Assembly: GCA_016935015.1 (NCBI GenBank)
Contig: JAFGRT010000022.1
Location: 118 to 64,117 of the forward strand
Reading direction: 5' to 3'
From: Acidobacteriota bacterium
Lineage (GTDB): Bacteria; Acidobacteriota; JAAYUB01
Length of the DNA stretch: 64,000 nucleotides
Shown: piece by piece, positions 46,472 through 55,437 of the stretch
Numbering within the stretch: the stretch's first letter is position 1
How the letters are laid out: each line of letters opens with the position of its first letter
Made by a program: the position numbers and the translations under genes
Notes under the pieces: generated by a model
What the model was told of the DNA's origin: nothing
The model's input: the letters and a program-made list of their open reading frames with translations, nothing else
Databases searched by the model: none

Positions 46472-48682
46472 ATGACCACACGCAAACGAAGGAAGCTGGC
46501 CGAGATCACGGGCATGGCCCTGCTGGTGATCGCCATTCTGCTGACATTGGCCCTGGTGAGTCATCACCCCACCGATCCCTCCTGGAGCGTCACCACCACC
46601 GCCGACCACTCGCGAAATCTCATCGGCCGGGTGGGGGCTTGGTTCAGTGATATCTTGTTCCAGCTACTGGGTCTGGGAGCGTTCGTCCTCCTGATTCCCC
46701 TGTTTCATTTGGCCATCCGGCTTCTGTTCAAAAAGGCTTTTATTCATCTTTTCGCCCATTTCAGCGGGGTTTTTCTGGTGCTGGTGTCACTCAGCGGGCT
46801 GGGGAGTACATGGCAAATTCGCGTTCCCGCCGCCGGCAACGCCGCGCCGGGCGGATTACTGGGCACCAACCTGGCGACTCTTCTCATTCGCTATTTCAAT
46901 GAGGGGGGTGCGACCATCATGCTGGTGGCCGGATTCATCATCGGCGTGCTGCTCCTTACATCCCGCACCCTTGATGAACTGCGGGCCGCACTTTTTTACC
47001 GGGTGGCCCGGTTGTTCCGGCGAAAATCCACGGCGTCCGCCGGATCGGCGGTCACGGTTCCCCGACCGGAAGTCGAGGCTCCGGATCCCCCTTCCCCGAT
47101 GCCCGAATCCCGTTTGCGTCCCCGGCCCGACTCCGCACCGGCGGCCCCCAAACCGGCCGCGACAACGGCCAGCATCCCGATTTCCCGAATGGAATTTCGG
47201 GACGATTTCTCCGGCGATGAAACACCGGAAGGGATCAAAAACCTGGTGACTTTCCCCAGCCCGCCCCTGTCTCTGCTCCATGAATCCCATGAGACAGCCA
47301 AGGTCAACGAGACGGAACTCATGGAAAAGGCCGGCCAGATTATCGAAAAGCTTTCCGAATTCAATATCAGCGGCAGTATCGCCGCCATTCATCCCGGCCC
47401 GGTGGTTACCCTCTTTGAATTTCGACCGGCGCCGGGGGTCAAGTACAGCCGCATTCTTTCCCTGGTGGATGACCTGTGCCTGGGGCTCAAGGCCGTGTCC
47501 ATTCGCATCGATCGCATCCCGGGCAAATCCACCATCGGCATCGAGGTACCCAACAACCAGCGGCAGTTGATCCCGATCCGCTCCCTGCTTGAATCCCGGG
47601 AATTCCAAAGCGCCCGCTCGCCCCTCACCCTGGCCCTGGGCAAGCGGATCAACGGTGATGCCTTTATCACCGACCTCGGTGTCATGCCGCACCTGCTGGT
47701 GGCCGGGGCCACCGGTACGGGGAAAAGCGTCGGCCTCAATTCCATGATCACGTCCATCCTTTACAAGAGCAATCCACAGCAGGTCCGGTTCGTCATGATC
47801 GATATCAAGCGCACGGAGTTAAATTTTTACGAAGATATTCCCCACCTGTTGACCCCCATTGTCACCGATGCCAAGGTGGCGGCCAACACTCTCATCTGGA
47901 CCGTTCAGGAGATGGAGGAGCGGTACAAGCTGCTGGCCAAGTACGCCGTGCGGGACATCTCCCAGTTCAACAAGGTGAGTGCCGATACCGGCGAGACGGA
48001 ACCGTTGCCTTATGTGGTTATCGTGATCGATGAATTTGCCGAATTGTTGTCCGTCGCCTCCAAGGAAGTGGAGCTCTGCCTTCAACGCCTGGCCCAGATG
48101 GCGCGGGCGGTAGGCATTCATGTGCTGCTGGCGACCCAGCGCCCATCGGTGGAGACCATTACCGGCGTCATCAAGGCCAATTTTCCAGCCCGCATCTCAT
48201 TCCGGCTTTTATCGCGGCATGATTCCAAGACCATCCTGGACACCGTGGGGGCCGAGCATTTGCTGGGCAAGGGTGACATGCTGTTTCTGCCGCCCAACTC
48301 TTCCAAGCTGATCCGTATTCACGGCTGCTATACGGATGAGGATGAAACCAAGCGGCTGGTGGATTTTCTGAAAAAATACGGCGAGCCGGACTATCAGGAT
48401 CTACCCATTCCCCGTGCGGATGACGATTCGGAAGAGGGCGTTCTGGATCCCCAGGACGATGATCTTTACGAAGATGTCGCCCGTTTCATTGTGAAGTACC
48501 GCAAGGCTTCCACGTCGGTGCTCCAGCGCCGTTTCCGCATCGGGTACGGCCGCGCGGCCCGTCTCATGGATGTCCTGGAAGAAAATGGACTCGTGGGTCC
48601 ACCCAACGGCAGCCGGCCCCGGGAAGTTTTGGTTCCACCCGATTTTTACGACCAGGTGGACAGCACCAAAGACGAACCATGA
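46472..48682 (+). CDS. ftsK: DNA translocase FtsK
   Basis: N-terminal TM segments, a Pro-rich linker, Walker A GATGTGKS and the gamma-domain wHTH STSVLQRRFRIGYGRAARLMD. Confidence 0.93.
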   Translation: MTTRKRRKLAEITGMALLVIAILLTLALVSHHPTDPSWSVTTTADHSRNLIGRVGAWFSDILFQLLGLGAFVLLIPLFHLAIRLLFKKAFIHLFAHFSGVFLVLVSLSGLGSTWQIRVPAAGNAAPGGLLGTNLATLLIRYFNEGGATIMLVAGFIIGVLLLTSRTLDELRAALFYRVARLFRRKSTASAGSAVTVPRPEVEAPDPPSPMPESRLRPRPDSAPAAPKPAATTASIPISRMEFRDDFSGDETPEGIKNLVTFPSPPLSLLHESHETAKVNETELMEKAGQIIEKLSEFNISGSIAAIHPGPVVTLFEFRPAPGVKYSRILSLVDDLCLGLKAVSIRIDRIPGKSTIGIEVPNNQRQLIPIRSLLESREFQSARSPLTLALGKRINGDAFITDLGVMPHLLVAGATGTGKSVGLNSMITSILYKSNPQQVRFVMIDIKRTELNFYEDIPHLLTPIVTDAKVAANTLIWTVQEMEERYKLLAKYAVRDISQFNKVSADTGETEPLPYVVIVIDEFAELLSVASKEVELCLQRLAQMARAVGIHVLLATQRPSVETITGVIKANFPARISFRLLSRHDSKTILDTVGAEHLLGKGDMLFLPPNSSKLIRIHGCYTDEDETKRLVDFLKKYGEPDYQDLPIPRADDDSEEGVLDPQDDDLYEDVARFIVKYRKASTSVLQRRFRIGYGRAARLMDVLEENGLVGPPNGSRPREVLVPPDFYDQVDSTKDEP

Positions 48683-49728
48683 TCCTCCCCCGCCCCGCCG
48701 CGCGACGATGCCTGTTCCTGCTCCTGGCGCTGGGCCTGCTGGCAGCGTGTCCATCCACTGACAGCCCTCCCTCCGCCACCACCTGCTTCATCCGTCGGAA
48801 TCTGTTTTTGGGCACGCTGTACACGGTGACCATTTATCATCACCAGCCGACGGGGAAAGTTTATGCCGCCTACGAGCAGCTGGTTCGAGACCTGAACCGG
48901 CTGGAAGCAATGACCAGCTTTCAATCGCCCGACAGCGAGATCCGCCGGATCAACAATTCCGCCGGTGGCTCGCGCATTGCCCTGTCACGGCCGTTCGCCC
49001 GTCTGCTGGACACGGCCGACCGTTATTACCGGGAGACCGATGGCTGTTTCGACGTGACCGTGCATCCCTTGCTGGCCGAATGGGGCTTCTATCGGCAAAA
49101 GCAGTCGGATCCCGATCCCCGGCAAATGTCGGCCATCCTGGCACGGATCGGCTTTCACCGCTTGCACTGGCAGCCTGGCACCGCCGAGCTGCTCATTCCG
49201 GAAGGAGGCGTGCAATTGGATTTCGGCGGCATGATCAAAGGGGTTGCCATGGACCGGGCTGTTACGATCCTGCGCTCCGCCGGCCTGACCAATTTCCATC
49301 TCGATTTCGGGCGCAGCAGTCATTTCGCGGCGGGTCCCGCTGATGGCCGGGGTTGGCGGATTCCCATCGCCACTCCCCGAAACCCGGAACAGGTGCTGCT
49401 GGAAGCACGGCTGGACGGGTATGCGCTGGCCATCTCCGCCGGCGGGGCGGATTGGCACTCGCGAAGCGGCCAATCCTATTCCCTCATTGTCGATCCGCGC
49501 AACGGCCAGCCAGCCACGACTCCGACCATGAGCGTTGTGATATCCGCCCGGGCCACCGCCGCCGACGCCTGGTCCACCGCCCTGCTGGTGGATGAAGGGC
49601 TTCTTCAAAAACGGACGTCCCTCTCCCCGGATCTGACCGCGGCGGCGGTCATTACGCCCGGCGGCGTCATCCGCTGGTATCCCGACCGGGTCACGGTGCG
49701 CCCTTTTTTTCCGGATCCATCCCCCTGA
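48679..49728 (+). CDS. apbE: FAD:protein FMN transferase (ApbE family), lipoprotein
   Basis: Lipobox LLAAC and a GGMIKGVAMD-type ApbE motif. Overlaps the ftsK stop by 4 nt (ATGA). Confidence 0.8.
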   Translation: MILPRPAARRCLFLLLALGLLAACPSTDSPPSATTCFIRRNLFLGTLYTVTIYHHQPTGKVYAAYEQLVRDLNRLEAMTSFQSPDSEIRRINNSAGGSRIALSRPFARLLDTADRYYRETDGCFDVTVHPLLAEWGFYRQKQSDPDPRQMSAILARIGFHRLHWQPGTAELLIPEGGVQLDFGGMIKGVAMDRAVTILRSAGLTNFHLDFGRSSHFAAGPADGRGWRIPIATPRNPEQVLLEARLDGYALAISAGGADWHSRSGQSYSLIVDPRNGQPATTPTMSVVISARATAADAWSTALLVDEGLLQKRTSLSPDLTAAAVITPGGVIRWYPDRVTVRPFFPDPSP

Positions 49729-49859
49729 TGTCCGCCCCGCCCTGATTTCCTGTTTCCGGAGCGCCATGCTGCCTGACCGGTAATGCCGGCGGGAACTTGG
49801 ATCATCTTTGTACGTGATACTGATGTGGAAGATGAAATCATTGCGGAGGTGCTCCACTC

Positions 49860-50696
49860 ATGAAACAAATGCTCCTTTTCACCCTGCTGACCCTGGTTGG
49901 TTCGCTGCAGCCCCTGGCCGGCGCACCCCAGGAGGACCCGGAAGACAATCTTGTCTTCATGCTGGGGGAAAACGCCGGCAATGCCTGGCTCGGTGTCAAA
50001 ATACGGGATCTCAACGCCGCCGAGTTGGACGAAATTTCGGCCATGGATGACCTGGGCGTTTACATCAGCGAGATTCTGGCGGATTCCCCAGCCGAGAAAG
50101 CCGGATTGGAAAAAGGCGACATCATTGTCCGCCTGGCCGGCATTCCCGTCATCGGCGCCGAACATTTCATCCAGATGATCCGCAGCAGCGCATCCGGGCG
50201 GACCTTCACCATCGAGTTCCTGCGGCAAGGAAAAAACCGGACGGCCAAAGTGACCCTGGCGGAAAAATCCCGGGATCGACGCTATCGCTATTTCTCTCCT
50301 TCCGGAGCGGTGATCCCCGAAATACCACAACCATCGTCGCCGCGGCTGTTCGACTTTTTCTCTTACCGCAACCGGCCACGTTTGGGCATCTACTACGAGG
50401 ACATCACCGAACAGCTGGCCCGCTTTCTCGGGGTGGAGGAAGGAACCGGCGTTCTCATCACCTCGGTGATCAAGGATTCTCCGGCGGAAAAGGCCGGTTT
50501 GCGGGCCGGGGATGTGATCGTCCGGATCGACGACACCGCCGTGGAAAATTCCGGCGATCTCATGGCAGCGTTACAGGAGAATGATCCGTCGGCCGTACTG
50601 AAGGTGCGGGTGGTTCGGAAAGGGGAACGGCTGGAGTTCGAAATCAGCCCACAGAAACAGGAACGTTCCCAGCGGCGAGGACGCCTGTCCATCTGA
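49860..50696 (+). CDS. Secreted tandem-PDZ-domain protein (no protease domain)
   Basis: Signal peptide. Two PDZ-type segments (SPAEKAGLEKGDIIVRLAG and SPAEKAGLRAGDVIVRIDD). GGAGG Shine-Dalgarno sequence upstream. Confidence 0.8.
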   Translation: MKQMLLFTLLTLVGSLQPLAGAPQEDPEDNLVFMLGENAGNAWLGVKIRDLNAAELDEISAMDDLGVYISEILADSPAEKAGLEKGDIIVRLAGIPVIGAEHFIQMIRSSASGRTFTIEFLRQGKNRTAKVTLAEKSRDRRYRYFSPSGAVIPEIPQPSSPRLFDFFSYRNRPRLGIYYEDITEQLARFLGVEEGTGVLITSVIKDSPAEKAGLRAGDVIVRIDDTAVENSGDLMAALQENDPSAVLKVRVVRKGERLEFEISPQKQERSQRRGRLSI

Positions 50697-50707
50697 ATCA
50701 GGGAATG

Positions 50708-50735
50708 GATCCCCGGACAAGGACGCCCGGGGATC
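50708..50735. terminator. 9-bp perfect hairpin between convergent genes (possible bidirectional terminator)
   Basis: gatccccgg (50708-50716) pairs with ccggggatc (50727-50735), 10-nt loop. No clear T-tract on either side. Confidence 0.35.
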
Positions 50736-50761
50736 ATCTGATCATCCGGCGGAGATCACGA

Positions 50762-51679
50762 TCAGAACATCTGATCGGATTCCCCTTCTTGCTCTTCCTG
50801 CTGTTTCTTTAACTGCAGTTCCTTGATGGCCAGCCGGCTGGCTTTCTTGCGAAATTCGGTTTTCGCTTCCTCGTCATCCGTCAGGGCCGCCTTCTGGAAA
50901 TAGCACAGGCTGAGATAGCGGACGGTCATATAGTCCTCTTTAAGTTCATTGGACTGTTCCAGGGCCGCAATGGCCTCGTCCACCGTCTTCATGATCATCT
51001 GGGGTTGCCGGATGATCTCTTCTCGGGCCTGGATATCCATCTGGATCTGTTCGATCTCGGACTGCAATTCCTGTCTCCGCTCATCCGTGCGCGCCCGATC
51101 CATCTGCCGCTGCAGCTGGGTAATTTCCTTCTGCTTGGCGTCCACTTCTTCCTTGGCCTTGTTGACTTCATCGAATAGCATCTCGGCGCGCTGGCCGTTA
51201 TCCCCGATGACGTTCTTGGCTTCGTCCCATTTGATCAGTCCGATACCAAACAGCGGCATGGGATTCTGCGGATCGATCTCGCTGTGAATCTGTTGATAGC
51301 ATTGGGCGGCATCATCCAGTTTCCCTGTGGTGTAATAGGCACGGGCCAGACGCAGCAGGGCGTTGACATTCTTGGGATCCTTCTCCAGCGCCTTCTGGAA
51401 GGCCAGGATGGCCTTGGCCGCGATCTCTTCCTGTCCCGGTATGTATTGTTTCATGTAAGCCATACCGAGATATTCATAAACAATGTTCAGTTCGGGATCC
51501 ATTTCCAGCGCCTTGGTGAAAAACTCGATGGCCTGATTGTATTGTTTCCCGCGAAATGACTTCACACCCTTGTTCAGCTGATCCCGGGCCTTGAGTTTAT
51601 CCACATACTGGCATCCGCTCAGCAGCAGGGCAAAAACAACCAGTACCGCCACCAGGGTCGATATTCGAAATCGCTTCAT
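50762..51679 (-). CDS. TPR-repeat lipoprotein with C-terminal coiled coil
   Basis: Lipobox LLLSGC. TPR-like repeats (AIEFFTKALEMDP..., AILAFQKALEKDP...). It is the last gene of the tonB-exbBDD run. Confidence 0.8.
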   Translation of the reverse strand: MKRFRISTLVAVLVVFALLLSGCQYVDKLKARDQLNKGVKSFRGKQYNQAIEFFTKALEMDPELNIVYEYLGMAYMKQYIPGQEEIAAKAILAFQKALEKDPKNVNALLRLARAYYTTGKLDDAAQCYQQIHSEIDPQNPMPLFGIGLIKWDEAKNVIGDNGQRAEMLFDEVNKAKEEVDAKQKEITQLQRQMDRARTDERRQELQSEIEQIQMDIQAREEIIRQPQMIMKTVDEAIAALEQSNELKEDYMTVRYLSLCYFQKAALTDDEEAKTEFRKKASRLAIKELQLKKQQEEQEGESDQMF

Positions 51680-51691
51680 GTTCAGACCTCC

Positions 51692-52114
51692 CTAATCTTC
51701 CAGTTCTGTCATCAGGCTGATTTGTTCGACTCCAGCGCCCTTGGCGGCATCGATGGCTTGAACGATGTACAGATAAAACACATCTTTGTCGCCCTTGACA
51801 AAAATGCTTTTGTCCGCCCTTCCGGCATAAATCTCCTGCAATTTGGCCTGCAAGCCTCCCCAACCGACGTTGTCCCGGTTGACCTCTACGATGGTTCCGC
51901 CTTCCTTGACGTCCACAACGATACCCTTCAACTTGTCCAGAATCTCCTGCGGTACATCTTGTTCCAGCTTCTCGGGCACCTGGACGAAGATACCCTTCGG
52001 GGTAAAGGGCGTAATCACCATAAAGATGATCAGGAGGACGAGCAGAATGTCGATATAGGGGGTAACGTTAATATCGGATTTGGGGCCACCGCCCCCACCC
52101 GTTGACATTCCCAT
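51692..52114 (-). CDS. exbD: Biopolymer transport protein ExbD/TolR
   Basis: 140 aa. INVTPYIDILLVLLIIFM TM motif. Confidence 0.88.
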   Translation of the reverse strand: MGMSTGGGGGPKSDINVTPYIDILLVLLIIFMVITPFTPKGIFVQVPEKLEQDVPQEILDKLKGIVVDVKEGGTIVEVNRDNVGWGGLQAKLQEIYAGRADKSIFVKGDKDVFYLYIVQAIDAAKGAGVEQISLMTELED

Positions 52115-52133
52115 GGTAACTCTCCTTTACACG

Positions 52134-52550
52134 CTATTTTTCGTCGATAACCAACCCGATTTGATCGAGTCCGGCCTCCTTGATCAATTCCAGAGCCGCC
52201 ACCACCGACTCATAGGACACTTTCGCGTCACATTTGAAGTAGGCTTGTCCCTGGGCATTGAAATCTCTAAGATACTCGACTTGCTTTTTCAATTCATCCC
52301 GGTCGCCGAAGGCCTCATCCCAGATAAAGAGTGTGCGCTCCACATCCATGCCCACCAAGATGGCTTCCCGGTCTTCGGCCTCGGGCATATCCACCAGATT
52401 GGCTCCCCGGGGAAGATTCACGGTGATCCCGCTTTGCAGCAGGGGCGTGGTGATCATGAAAATGATCAGCAACACCAGCATGATGTCAGCCATGGGAGTC
52501 ACGTTAATATCGGAGTTGACCCCACTGACCGCCTTCTTTTTTTTAGCCAC
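52134..52550 (-). CDS. exbD: Biopolymer transport protein ExbD/TolR (second copy)
   Basis: 138 aa. INVTPMADIMLVLLIIFM TM motif. Confidence 0.88.
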   Translation of the reverse strand: MAKKKKAVSGVNSDINVTPMADIMLVLLIIFMITTPLLQSGITVNLPRGANLVDMPEAEDREAILVGMDVERTLFIWDEAFGDRDELKKQVEYLRDFNAQGQAYFKCDAKVSYESVVAALELIKEAGLDQIGLVIDEK

Positions 52551-53250
52551 GGCTCAAAGACCTCCGTTTTACAAAGTAGTCAATCAATTCGGACGAGGAA
52601 TTGTCCATCTCCACCGTAAAGGCTTCGATACGGCTGGTGAAATAGTTGAAGAACCACACCGCGGGAACGGCCACGAACAGACCGAAAGCCGTGGTCACCA
52701 GCGCTTCGGAGATGCCGCCCGCCACGGCGCCGATACCGGCCGCTTCAGCCTGGCTCATGCCCTGGAAGGCGTTGATGATGCCGACGGTGGTTCCGAAGAG
52801 ACCCACGAATGGTGCCGTCGAACCGATGGTCGCCAGGGCGTTGGTGCCCCGCTTGAATTCCTCGTGGGTGATAGCCGCCGCCCGCTCGCAAGCCCGGCGG
52901 GAAGCCTCGTGGACTTCACCCGACAGTTCGTCACTGGCGCCGTGCGCCTGGAATTCCTTCAAACCGGCGACCACCACGCGGGCGAGGTGAGACTTGGTGT
53001 ATTTTTCCGAAACCATGATGGCTTCTTCGATTTTGCTCTCCTTCAGCGCTTCCGCTACCGCCGGGGCGAACTCACGGCTCTGTTTCTTGGCCGCTCGAAA
53101 AGAGAACCACCGCTCGATGGCGACGGCGATAGACCAAATGGACATGATCAGCAGAATCCAGACAACGGCTTTGGCGACCCAGCCCATCTTGTCCCACATT
53201 TCCATAAGATCCAATCCTTGCATCGCTTCTTGAAGTAAGAACCAAAACAT
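52543..53250 (-). CDS. exbB: MotA/TolQ/ExbB proton-channel protein
   Basis: GLFGTTVGIINAF and ISEALVTTAFGL motifs. ATG 53250 lies 8 nt after GGAGG; the ORF-track start is 53265. Confidence 0.88.
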   Translation of the reverse strand: MFWFLLQEAMQGLDLMEMWDKMGWVAKAVVWILLIMSIWSIAVAIERWFSFRAAKKQSREFAPAVAEALKESKIEEAIMVSEKYTKSHLARVVVAGLKEFQAHGASDELSGEVHEASRRACERAAAITHEEFKRGTNALATIGSTAPFVGLFGTTVGIINAFQGMSQAEAAGIGAVAGGISEALVTTAFGLFVAVPAVWFFNYFTSRIEAFTVEMDNSSSELIDYFVKRRSLSRG

Positions 53251-53287
53251 TGGCGTAACCTCCATAAAAATTTTTTCTAATCTATGG

Positions 53288-54094
53288 TTATTGCAAATTG
53301 AAACGCACGGTGATGGTGGCGACCACGGGGATCGGTTCGCCGTTCAGCAGCGTGGGCGTATAGACCCACTGCTTCACGGCATCCACCGCCGACTGCTGCA
53401 ACAGCGGATGACCGCTGATGACCTTGACGTCCGTCACATGTCCGGACTCATCCACCGTCACCTGCAGGATGACGGCCCCGCTGATACGGGCGGCTTTCGC
53501 CACGGCCGGATACATGGGCTTGACCTGTTTCACCAGCTTCGAGCCCAGCACGTTCCCGCCGATACGTATGGGGGTCTTCTTCGGTGGCGGGGGAGGAGGC
53601 GGGGCCGCGATATCGGGCACGCCACCGGCGACACCCCCACCACCGCCACCACCGACCACGCCGCCCGGGACGCCGCCGGGTACACCGCCGGGAATGCCGG
53701 TGCTGGTGTTGGCCTCGCTGAGCCTGATCAGATCCGCCAGGTCTTCCCGGTTGGTCGGAGGCGGGATGGTGTCGGAAATTTCCTTGATCTGGTAGGTCTT
53801 GCTCAGGTCTATATTCACATCGAGTTTGGGTATATCCTCCTTGGGCCTTTCCACCGGTTGCGGCGGCGGGGCTTCCGCCGGCGCCGGCGGTGGAGGGGGC
53901 GGAGGCGGCATCGTCGTGCCGCCAAGGAAGGTCAGAATCCCCTCCACCTGCTGCTGCATCATTTCGGGAAACAGCAGGGGCACGATGACAATGGCCAGCA
54001 CCACCAGGGCATGGACCAAAAAGGCCGCCAGCATAGTGTACTTCGTCTTCGTGCCTTGTCGACTCGTCGAAGAGTACAATAATTGGTCAAACAT
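53288..54094 (-). CDS. tonB: Energy transducer TonB
   Basis: N-terminal TM segment, Pro- and Gly-rich linkers, and the C-terminal TonB domain YPAVAKAARISGAVILQVTVDESGHV. Confidence 0.88.
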   Translation of the reverse strand: MFDQLLYSSTSRQGTKTKYTMLAAFLVHALVVLAIVIVPLLFPEMMQQQVEGILTFLGGTTMPPPPPPPPAPAEAPPPQPVERPKEDIPKLDVNIDLSKTYQIKEISDTIPPPTNREDLADLIRLSEANTSTGIPGGVPGGVPGGVVGGGGGGGVAGGVPDIAAPPPPPPPKKTPIRIGGNVLGSKLVKQVKPMYPAVAKAARISGAVILQVTVDESGHVTDVKVISGHPLLQQSAVDAVKQWVYTPTLLNGEPIPVVATITVRFNLQ

Positions 54095-54180
54095 TTGATC
54101 CTCCAGACTATCGAAATAGTCGAATTTTGACGATTTTCAAACAAACGTATCAAAAATTAAATGACTTCCTCAAAATGATG

Positions 54181-55389
54181 TCAAGCCATTTTTAAAGATT
54201 TTTTATCCTTGGCGGATCCCAGAAATCTGTACCACCAGAACAGCAGGGGACTGGCGATGGCAATTGAGGAATAAGTCCCCACCAGGATACCGATTACCAG
54301 CACCAGAGAGAAGCCTTCCAGGGTTTCGCCGCCGAACAGCCACAGGCAGAAGACGGCGACAAAGGTGGTCCCGGTGGTGATGATGGTCCGGGAAAGCGTC
54401 TGGTTGATGGAGGTGTTGATGATGACGAGGAAACTTTCATTGCGCATGAGTTTGAGATTTTCGCGTATGCGGTCGAACACGATGATGCTGTCGTTCATGG
54501 AATAACCGACCAGGGTGAGCAGGGCCGCCACCACCACCAGCGACAGTTCCTTGTTCATCAGGGAGAAAAGTCCGAGGGTGATGGCCACGTCATGCACCAG
54601 GGCGATGACGGCGGCGATGCCGTAGGCGAATTTGAACCGGAAGGCGATGTAAATTAGCATGCCGCCCAGGGCCAGCAAGACGGCCATCTGGGCCTTTTCA
54701 CGCAACTGCTTGCCGATTTTGGGGCCGACGCTGTCGATGCCGATGATGACGAACGAGCCGAGGTAATAGTTGTTCTTCATGTTGTCCAGCAGGGGTTTGG
54801 GCAGGTCCTCGATCTCGGACAGTTCATCAAGGCTTGTGATCAGACCATTTTCCGTCCGCAGGTCGATGATGCGGGCGGCCAGATCGGCATAGGCCTGTTC
54901 CCGCTCGGTTATGGTGGCGTCGCTTTTGAGGATGCCCATGGTTTCCAGCACATTGCTGCGCTGCAGGTCGGCGGCCAGTTCGTTCTGGCCCACCTTGTTC
55001 AGATCGCCCCGCTGGGCCGACTTGTCCTGGTCCAGCAGATCATGGAAAGCATCATAGACGATGGTCTGGGTTTTCTGGAACTCCAGCCGTTCCTCGGTCT
55101 CCACCCGGGCCAGCTTGATCTGGACCTCGTTTTTGTCTTCCTGGCCGAAGCGGGTCACTTCCACCTTGCCCAGGGCGGTATTCCCCAGCACGTCACGCAA
55201 CACGTCATACTGGGGCTTCTCGGCGAATTTCACCTTGATGACGGTGCCGCCGGCGAAATCGATGCCATAAATAAAGCCGCCGCGCTGGATGACGGTGTAC
55301 CAGCCGATGATCAGCAGAATCAGCGAGAGGATGATAAATATCCATTTCAGTTTAAGCCAGTTAACGTTTACGTTGGCGAGTATGTGCAT
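54181..55389 (-). CDS. secF: Protein translocase subunit SecF (enlarged periplasmic domain)
   Basis: GIDFAGGT motif and a C-terminal six-TM SecF pattern (DVAITLG, YSMNDSIIVFDRIRE). 402 aa, versus about 320 aa in E. coli. Confidence 0.9.
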   Translation of the reverse strand: MHILANVNVNWLKLKWIFIILSLILLIIGWYTVIQRGGFIYGIDFAGGTVIKVKFAEKPQYDVLRDVLGNTALGKVEVTRFGQEDKNEVQIKLARVETEERLEFQKTQTIVYDAFHDLLDQDKSAQRGDLNKVGQNELAADLQRSNVLETMGILKSDATITEREQAYADLAARIIDLRTENGLITSLDELSEIEDLPKPLLDNMKNNYYLGSFVIIGIDSVGPKIGKQLREKAQMAVLLALGGMLIYIAFRFKFAYGIAAVIALVHDVAITLGLFSLMNKELSLVVVAALLTLVGYSMNDSIIVFDRIRENLKLMRNESFLVIINTSINQTLSRTIITTGTTFVAVFCLWLFGGETLEGFSLVLVIGILVGTYSSIAIASPLLFWWYRFLGSAKDKKSLKMA

Positions 55390-55437
55390 GGTCTCTCCTC
55401 AAAATTGCTTAGACACGCAGTCTCTTGGAATGTTCCG

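Noticed and set aside
53560-53900. GC-rich tandem-looking repeats (ggcgg/ccgcc runs)
   Set aside because: They encode the Pro-rich and Gly-rich linkers of TonB (PPPPPPP and GGVPGGVPGGV). This is coding low complexity, not a noncoding repeat or a CRISPR array.
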